This document shows, piece after piece, positions 55,180 through 64,000 of a stretch of DNA of 64,000 nucleotides. The notes beneath the pieces are model-generated. The model saw only the letters and a program-made list of their open reading frames with translations, did no database searches and was not told the origin of the DNA. Position 1 is the stretch's first letter. Every line of letters begins with the position of its first letter. Location of the stretch: assembly GCF_035084215.1 (NCBI RefSeq), contig NC_090330.1, positions 110,670,001 through 110,734,000 of the forward strand, written 5' to 3'. The DNA comes from Heptranchias perlo. Lineage: Eukaryota. The translations under genes were made by a program, and so were the position numbers.

Positions 55180-58100
55180 ACACCGTCACCTCCTGCTCAC
55201 CGTCACCTCCTGCTCACCGTCACCTCCTGCTCACCGTCACCTCCTGCACACCGTCACCTCCTACACACCATCACCTCCTGCTCACCGTCACCTCCTGCTC
55301 ACCGTCACCTCCTGCTCACCGTCACCTCCTGCTCACCGTCACCTCCTGCCCACCATCCCCTCTTACACACCGTCACCTCCTGCTCACCGTCACCTCCTGC
55401 TCACCGTCACCTCCTGCTCACCATCCCCTCTTACACACCGTCACCTCCTGCTCACCGTCACCTCCTGCTCACCGTCACCTCCTGCTCACCATCCCCTCCT
55501 ACGCACCGTCACCTCCTGCACACCGTCACCTCCTGCTCACCGTCACCTCCTGCTCACCATCACTTCCTGCTCACCATCCCCTCCTACGCACCGTCGCCTC
55601 CTGCTCACCGTCGCCTCCTGCCCACCGTCGCCTCCTGCCCACCGTCGCCTCCTGCTCACCGTCGCCTCCTGCTCACCATCACCTCCTGCTCACCATCGCT
55701 TCCTGCTCACCATCGCTTCCTGCGCACCATCCCCTCCTACACACCATCGCCTCCTGCTCACCGTCACCTCCTGCACACCATCACCTCCTGCGCACCATCG
55801 CCTCCTGCGCACCATCGCTTCCTGCGCACCATCGCCTCCTGCGCACCATCGCTTCCTGCGCAGCATCCCCTCCTGCGCACCGTCGCCTCCTGCACACCGT
55901 CGCCTCCTGCTCACCGTCGCCTCCTGCTCACCGTCGCCTCCTGCACACCGTCACCTCCTGCACACCATCGCTTCCTGCTCACCGTCACCTCCTGCTCACC
56001 GTCACCTCCTGCGCACCATCGCCTCCTGCGCACCATCGCCTCCTGCGCAGCATCCCCTCCTGCGCACCGTCGCCTCCTGCACACCGTCGCCTCCTGCTCA
56101 CCGTCGCCTCCTGCACACCATCACCTCCAGCGCACCATCACTTCCTGCACACCATCACTTCCTGCACACCATCACTTCCTGCTCACCGTCCCCTCCTACG
56201 CACCGTCGCCTCCTGCTCACCGTCGCCTCCTGCTCACCGTCGCATCCTGCTCACCGTCGCCTCCTGCTCACCGTCCCCTCCTGCGCACCATCCCCTCCTA
56301 CACACCATCGCCTCCTGCTCACCGTCACCTCCTGCACACCATCACCTCCTGCGCACCATCGCTTCCTGCGCACCATCACCTCCTGCGCACCATCGCTTCC
56401 TGTGCACCATCCCCTCCTGCACACCATCGCCTCCTGCACACCATCGCCTCCTGCACACCATCGCCTCCTGCTCACCGTCACCTCCTACACACCGTCGCCT
56501 CCTGCTCACCGTCGCCTCCTGCACACCATCACCTCCAGCGCACCATCACTTCCTGCACACCATCACTTCCTGCACACCATCACTTCCTGCTCACCGTCCC
56601 CTCCTACGCACCGTCGCCTCCTGCTCACCGTCGCATCCTGCTCACCGTCGCATCCTGCTCACCGTCCCCTCCTGCGCACCATCCCCTCCTACACACCATC
56701 GCCTCCTGCTCACCGTCACCTCCTGCACACCATCACCTCCTGCGCACCATCGCTTCCTGCGCACCATCACCTCCTGCGCACCATTGCTTCCTGTGCACCA
56801 TCCCCTCCTGCACACCATCGCCTCCTGCACACCATCGCCTCCTGCACACCATCGCCTCCTGCTCACCGTCACCTCCTACACACCGTCGCCTCCTGCTCAC
56901 CGTCGCCTCCTGCTCACCGTCACCTCCTGCACACCATCGCTTCCTGCTCACCGTCACCTCCTGCACACCATCGCCTCCTGCGCACCATCGCTTCCTGCGC
57001 ACCATCCCCTCCTGTGCACCATCGCCTCCTGCGCACCATCACCTCCTGCACACCATCGCCTCCTGCACACCATCGCCTCCTGCTCACCGTCACCTCCTGC
57101 TCACCGTCGCCTCCTGCACACCGTCACCTCCTGCATACCAACACCTCCTGCGCACCATCGCTTCCTGCGCACCATCCCCTTCTGTGCACCATCGCCTCCT
57201 GCGCACCATCGCCTCCTGCACACCATCGCCTCCTGCACACCATCGTCTCCTGCTCACCGTCACCTCCTGCTCACCATCGCCTCCTGCGCACCATCGCTTC
57301 CTGCGCAGCATCCCCTCCTGAGCACCATCGCTTCCTGCACACCATCACCTCCTGCGCACCGTCGCCTCCTGCTCACCGTCGCCTCCTGCACACCATCACC
57401 TCCAGCGCACCATCACTTCCTGCACACCATCACTTCCTGCACACCATCACTTCCTGCTCACCGTCCCCTCCTACGCACCGTCGCCTCCTGCACACCATCA
57501 CCTCCTGCTCACCGTCGCCTCCTGCTCACCGTCGCATCCTGCTCACCGTCGCCTCCTGCTCACCGTCCCCTCCTGCGCACCATCCCCTCCTACACACCAT
57601 CGCCTCCTGCTCACCATCGCTTCCTGCGCACCATCACCTCCTGCGCACCATCGCTTCCTGTGCACCATCCCCTCCTGCACACCATCGCCTCCTGCACACC
57701 ATCGCCTCCTGCACACCATCGCCTCCTGCTCACCGTCACCTCCTACACACCGTCGCCTCCTGCTCACCGTCGCCTCCTACACACCGTCGCCTCCTGCTCA
57801 CCGTCGCCTCCTGCTCACCGTCACCTCCTGCACACCATCGCTTCCTGCTCACTGTCACCTCCTGCTCACCGTCACCTCCTGCACACCATCGCCTCCTGCG
57901 CACCATCGCTTCCTGCGCACCATCCCCTCCTGTGCACCATCGCCTCCTGCGCACCATCACCTCCTGCTCACCATCGCCTCCTGCACACCATCGCCTCCTG
58001 CACACCATCGCCTCCTGCTCACCGTCACCTCCTGCTCACCGTCGCCTCCTGCTCACCGTCGCCTCCTGCACACCGTCACCTCCTGCACACCAACACCTCC

Positions 58101-61100
58101 TGCACACCAACACCTCCTGCGCACCATCCCCTCCTACACACCATCGCCTCCTGCTCACCGTCACCTCCTGCACACCATCACCTCCTGAGCACCATCGCTT
58201 CCTGCACACCATCACCTCCTGCGCACCATCGCGTCCTGCGCACCATCCCCTCCTACACACCATCGCCTCCTGCTCACCGTCACCTCCTGCACACCATCAC
58301 CTCCTGCACACCATCACCTCCTGCGCACCATCACCTCCTGCACACCGTCGCTTCCTGCGCACCATCCCCTCCTACACACCATCGCCTCCTGCTCACCGTC
58401 ACCTCCTGCACACCGTCGCCTCCTGCACACCGTCGCCTCCTGCACACCGTCGCCTCCTGCTCACCGTCGCCTCCTGCGCACCATCACCTCCTGCGCACCA
58501 TCACCTCCTGCACACCATCGCCTCCTGCTCACCGTCACCTCCTGCACACCGTCACCTCCTGCTCACCATCCCCTCCTGCGCACCATCGCCTCCTGCACAC
58601 CATTGCCTCCTGCTCACCGTCGCCTCCTGCTCACCGTCGCCTCCTGCACACCATCCCCTCCTGCGCACCATCGCCTCCTGCGCACCGTCACCTCCTGCAG
58701 ACCGTCGCCTCCTGCTCACCGTCACCTCCTGCACACCGTCACCTCCTGCACACCGTCGCCTCCTGCTCACCATCGCCTCCTGCTCACCATCACCTCCTGC
58801 GCACCATCCCCTCCTGCGCACCATCGCTTCCTGCGCACCATCGCTTCCTGCTCACCATCGCCTCCTGCTCACCATCACCTCCTGCACACCATCACCTCCT
58901 GCTCACCGTCACCTCCTGCGCACCATCGCTTCCTGCTCACCGTCACCTCCTGCTCACCGTCACCTCCTGCTCACCGTCACCTCCTGCTCACCATCCCCTC
59001 CTACGCACCGTCACCTCCTGCACACCGTCACCTCCTGCTCACCATCACTTCCTGCTCACCATCCCCTCTTACACACCGTCACCTCCTGCTCACCGTCACC
59101 TCCTGCTCACCGTCACCTCCTGCTCACCATCCCCTCCTACGCACCGTCACCTCCTGCACACCGTCACCTCCTGCTCACCGTCACCTCCTGCTCACCATCA
59201 CTTCCTGCTCACCATCCCCTCCTACACACCGTCACCTCCTGCTCACCGTCACCTCCTGCCCACCGTCGCCTCCTACGCACCGTCGCCTCCTGCCCACCGG
59301 CGCCTCCTGCCCACCGTCGCCTCCTGCTCACCGTCGCCTCCTGCTCACCATCACCTCCTGCTCACCGTCACCTCCTGCTCACCATCGCTTCCTGCTCACC
59401 ATCGCTTCCTGCGCACCATCCCCTCCTACACACCATCGCCTCCTGCTCACCGTCACCTCCTGCACACCATCACCTCCTGCACACCATCACCTCCTGCTCA
59501 CCGTCACCTCCTGCGCACCATCGCTTCCTGCTCACCGTCACCTCCTGCTCACCGTCACCTCCTGCTCACCGTCACCTCCTGCGCACCATCCCCTCCTGCG
59601 CACCATCGCTTCCTGCGCACCATCGCTTCCTGCTCACCATCGCCTCCTGCTCACCATCACCTCCTGCACACCATCACCTCCTGCACACCATCACCTCCTG
59701 CTCACCGTCACCTCCTGCGCACCATCGCTTCCTGCTCACCGTCACCTCCTGCTCACCGTCACCTCCTGCTCACCGTCACCTCCTGCGCACCATCCCCTCC
59801 TGCGCACCATCGCTTCCTGCGCACCATCGCTTCCTGCTCACCATCGCCTCCTGCTCACCATCACCTCCTGCACACCATCACCTCCTGCTCACCGTCACCT
59901 CCTGCGCACCATCGCTTCCTGCTCACCGTCACCTCCTGCTCACCGTCACCTCCTGCTCACCGTCACCTCCTGCTCACCATCCCCTCCTACGCACCGTCAC
60001 CTCCTGCACACCGTCACCTCCTGCTCACCGTCACCTCCTGCTCACCATCACTTCCTGCTCACCATCCCCTCTTACACACCGTCACCTCCTGCTCACCGTC
60101 ACCTCCTGCTCACCGTCACCTCCTGCTCACCGTCACCTCCTGCTCACCATCCCCTCCTACGCACCGTCACCTCCTGCACACCGTCACCTCCTGCTCACCG
60201 TCACCTCCTGCTCACCATCCCCTCCTACACACCGTCACCTCCTGCTCACCGTCACCTCCTGCCCACCGTCGCCTCCTACGCACCGTCGCCTCCTGCTCAC
60301 CGTCGCCTCCTGCCCACCGTCGCCTCCTGCCCACCGTCGCCTCCTGCTCACCGTCGCCTCCTGCTCACCATCACCTCCTGCTCACCGTCACCTCCTGCTC
60401 ACCATCGCTTCCTGCTCACCATCGCTTCCTGCGCACCATCCCCTCCTACACACCATCGCCTCCTGCTCACCGTCACCTCCTGCACACCATCACCTCCTGC
60501 GCACCATCGCCTCCTGCGCACCATCGCTTCCTGCGCACCATCGCCTCCTGCGCAGCATCGCTTCCTGCGCACCATCGCCTCCTGCGCAGCATCGCTTCCT
60601 GCGCAGCATCCCCTCCTGCGCACCGTCGCCTCCTGCACACCGTCACCTCCTACACACCGTCGCCTCCTGCTCACCGTCGCCTCCTGCTCACCGTCGCCTC
60701 CTGCACACCGTCACCTCCTGCACACCATCGCTTCCTGCTCACCGTCACCTCCTGCTCACCGTCACCTCCTGCGCACCATCGCCTCCTGCGCACCATCGCC
60801 TCCTGCGCACCATCCCCTCCTGCACACCGTCGCCTCCTGCGCACCATCGCCTCCTGCGCACCATCGCCTCCTGCGCACCGTCGCCTCCTGCTCACCGTCA
60901 CCTCCTGTTCACCATCGCCTCCTGCGCACCATCGCTTCCTGCGCAGCATCCCCTCCTGCGCACCGTCGCCTCCTGCACACCGTCGCCTCCTGCTCACCGT
61001 CGCCTCCTGCACACCATCACCTCCAGCGCACCATCACTTCCTGCACACCATCACTTCCTGCACACCATCACTTCCTGCTCACCGTCCCCTCCTACGCACC

Positions 61101-64000
61101 GTCGCCTCCTGCTCACCGTCGCCTCCTGCTCACCGTCGCATCCTGCTCACCGTCGCCTCCTGCTCACCGTCCCCTCCTGCGCACCATCCCCTCCTACACA
61201 CCATCGCCTCCTGCTCACCGTCACCTCCTGCACACCATCACCTCCTGCGCACCATCGCTTCCTGCGCACCATCACCTCCTGCGCACCATCGCTTCCTGTG
61301 CACCATCCCCTCCTGCACACCATCGCCTCCTGCACACCATCGCCTCCTGCACACCATCACCTCCTGCTCACCGTCACCTCCTACACACCGTCGCCTCCTG
61401 CTCACCGTCGCCTCCTGCTCACCGTCACCTCCTGCACACCATCGCTTCCTGCTCACCGTCACCTCCTGCACACCATCGCCTCCTGCGCACCATCGCTTCC
61501 TGCGCACCATCCCCTCCTGTGCACCATCGCCTCCTGCGCACCATCACCTCCTGCACACCATCGCCTCCTGCACACCATCGCCTCCTGCTCACCGTCACCT
61601 CCTGCTCACCGTCGCCTCCTGCACACCGTCACCTCCTGCATACCAACACCTCCTGCGCACCATCGCTTCCTGCGCACCATCCCCTTCTGTGCACCATCGC
61701 CTCCTGCGCACCATCGCCTCCTGCACACCATCGCCTCCTGCACACCATCGTCTCCTGCTCACCGTCACCTCCTGCTCACCATCGCCTCCTGCGCACCATC
61801 GCTTCCTGCGCAGCATCCCCTCCTGAGCACCATCGCTTCCTGCACACCGTCACCTCCTGCTCACCGTCACCTCCTGCTCACCATCACTTCCTGCTCACCA
61901 TCCCCTCCTACACACCGTCACCTCCTGCTCACCGTCACCTCCTGCCCACCGTCGCCTCCTACGCACCGTCGCCTCCTGCCCACCGGCGCCTCCTGCCCAC
62001 CGTCGCCTCCTGCTCACCGTCGCCTCCTGCTCACCATCACCTCCTGCTCACCGTCACCTCCTGCTCACCATCGCTTCCTGCTCACCATCGCTTCCTGCGC
62101 ACCATCCCCTCCTACACACCATCGCCTCCTGCTCACCGTCACCTCCTGCACACCATCACCTCCTGCACACCATCACCTCCTGCTCACCGTCACCTCCTGC
62201 GCACCATCGCTTCCTGCTCACCGTCACCTCCTGCTCACCGTCACCTCCTGCTCACCGTCACCTCCTGCGCACCATCCCCTCCTGCGCACCATCGCTTCCT
62301 GCGCACCATCGCTTCCTGCTCACCATCGCCTCCTGCTCACCATCACCTCCTGCACACCATCACCTCCTGCACACCATCACCTCCTGCTCACCGTCACCTC
62401 CTGCGCACCATCGCTTCCTGCTCACCGTCACCTCCTGCTCACCGTCACCTCCTGCTCACCGTCACCTCCTGCGCACCATCCCCTCCTGCGCACCATCGCT
62501 TCCTGCGCACCATCGCTTCCTGCTCACCATCGCCTCCTGCTCACCATCACCTCCTGCACACCATCACCTCCTGCTCACCGTCACCTCCTGCGCACCATCG
62601 CTTCCTGCTCACCGTCACCTCCTGCTCACCGTCACCTCCTGCTCACCGTCACCTCCTGCTCACCATCCCCTCCTACGCACCGTCACCTCCTGCACACCGT
62701 CACCTCCTGCTCACCGTCACCTCCTGCTCACCATCACTTCCTGCTCACCATCCCCTCTTACACACCGTCACCTCCTGCTCACCGTCACCTCCTGCTCACC
62801 GTCACCTCCTGCTCACCGTCACCTCCTGCTCACCATCCCCTCCTACGCACCGTCACCTCCTGCACACCGTCACCTCCTGCTCACCGTCACCTCCTGCTCA
62901 CCATCCCCTCCTACACACCGTCACCTCCTGCTCACCGTCACCTCCTGCCCACCGTCGCCTCCTACGCACCGTCGCCTCCTGCTCACCGTCGCCTCCTGCC
63001 CACCGTCGCCTCCTGCCCACCGTCGCCTCCTGCTCACCGTCGCCTCCTGCTCACCATCACCTCCTGCTCACCGTCACCTCCTGCTCACCATCGCTTCCTG
63101 CTCACCATCGCTTCCTGCGCACCATCCCCTCCTACACACCATCGCCTCCTGCTCACCGTCACCTCCTGCACACCATCACCTCCTGCGCACCATCGCCTCC
63201 TGCGCACCATCGCTTCCTGCGCACCATCGCCTCCTGCGCAGCATCGCTTCCTGCGCACCATCGCCTCCTGCGCAGCATCGCTTCCTGCGCAGCATCCCCT
63301 CCTGCGCACCGTCGCCTCCTGCACACCGTCACCTCCTACACACCGTCGCCTCCTGCTCACCGTCGCCTCCTGCTCACCGTCGCCTCCTGCACACCGTCAC
63401 CTCCTGCACACCATCGCTTCCTGCTCACCGTCACCTCCTGCTCACCGTCACCTCCTGCGCACCATCGCCTCCTGCGCACCATCGCCTCCTGCGCACCATC
63501 CCCTCCTGCACACCGTCGCCTCCTGCGCACCATCGCCTCCTGCGCACCATCGCCTCCTGCGCACCGTCGCCTCCTGCTCACCGTCACCTCCTGTTCACCA
63601 TCGCCTCCTGCGCACCATCGCTTCCTGCGCAGCATCCCCTCCTGCGCACCGTCGCCTCCTGCACACCGTCGCCTCCTGCTCACCGTCGCCTCCTGCACAC
63701 CATCACCTCCAGCGCACCATCACTTCCTGCACACCATCACTTCCTGCACACCATCACTTCCTGCTCACCGTCCCCTCCTACGCACCGTCGCCTCCTGCTC
63801 ACCGTCGCCTCCTGCTCACCGTCGCATCCTGCTCACCGTCGCCTCCTGCTCACCGTCCCCTCCTGCGCACCATCCCCTCCTACACACCATCGCCTCCTGC
63901 TCACCGTCACCTCCTGCACACCATCACCTCCTGCGCACCATCGCTTCCTGCGCACCATCACCTCCTGCGCACCATCGCTTCCTGTGCACCATCCCCTCCT
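55180..64000. repeat. 17-bp satellite/minisatellite, >8.8 kb, probably intronic in COL4A5, with higher-order duplications
   Basis: (caccgtcacctcctgct)n with substitution variants; near-identical blocks recur at offsets 391, 2686 and 4505 bp (23, 158 and 265 x 17). Confidence 0.98.

Noticed and set aside
55092-61826. 2244-aa ORF (and 715-aa overlapping ORF)
   Set aside because: Translation of a 17-bp repeat that lacks stop codons on +. All frames give the same cyclic peptide and it lies antisense to the collagen gene.

Overview
Vertebrate genomic DNA, very probably from a shark (cartilaginous fish), judged from CR1/L2 LINEs, SacSINE1/AmnSINE1-type Deu-SINEs, LF-SINE-like copies and Penelope remnants. 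Two spliced genes converge tail-to-tail. On the + strand lie the last three coding exons (4294-4445, 6960-7191, 8284-8426) of a GAS6/protein S-family gene, encoding its second laminin-G domain; the sequence mixes GAS6-like and PROS1-like features. On the - strand lie the last 19 coding exons (54589 down to 21476) of a type IV collagen whose NC1 domain is alpha5-like (COL4A5). All of these exons have GT-AG boundaries and a continuous reading frame, and the probable ~3.3 kb 3'UTR carries three miR-29 sites. Introns and the intergenic space are packed with retroelements and minisatellites, ending in a >8.8 kb 17-bp satellite with higher-order structure. Most ORF-track entries are repeat artefacts. 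Best leads: a possible extra GAS6/PROS1 paralogue beside COL4A5; a 34-bp minisatellite that multiplies the last COL4A5 splice donor about 34 times; a minimal Penelope-type hammerhead ribozyme in the sense strand of an intron; recurrent birth of one 33-bp minisatellite inside Deu-SINE copies; and a candidate solo LTR. Comparisons to human genes and repeat consensus sequences are from memory, not from searches.
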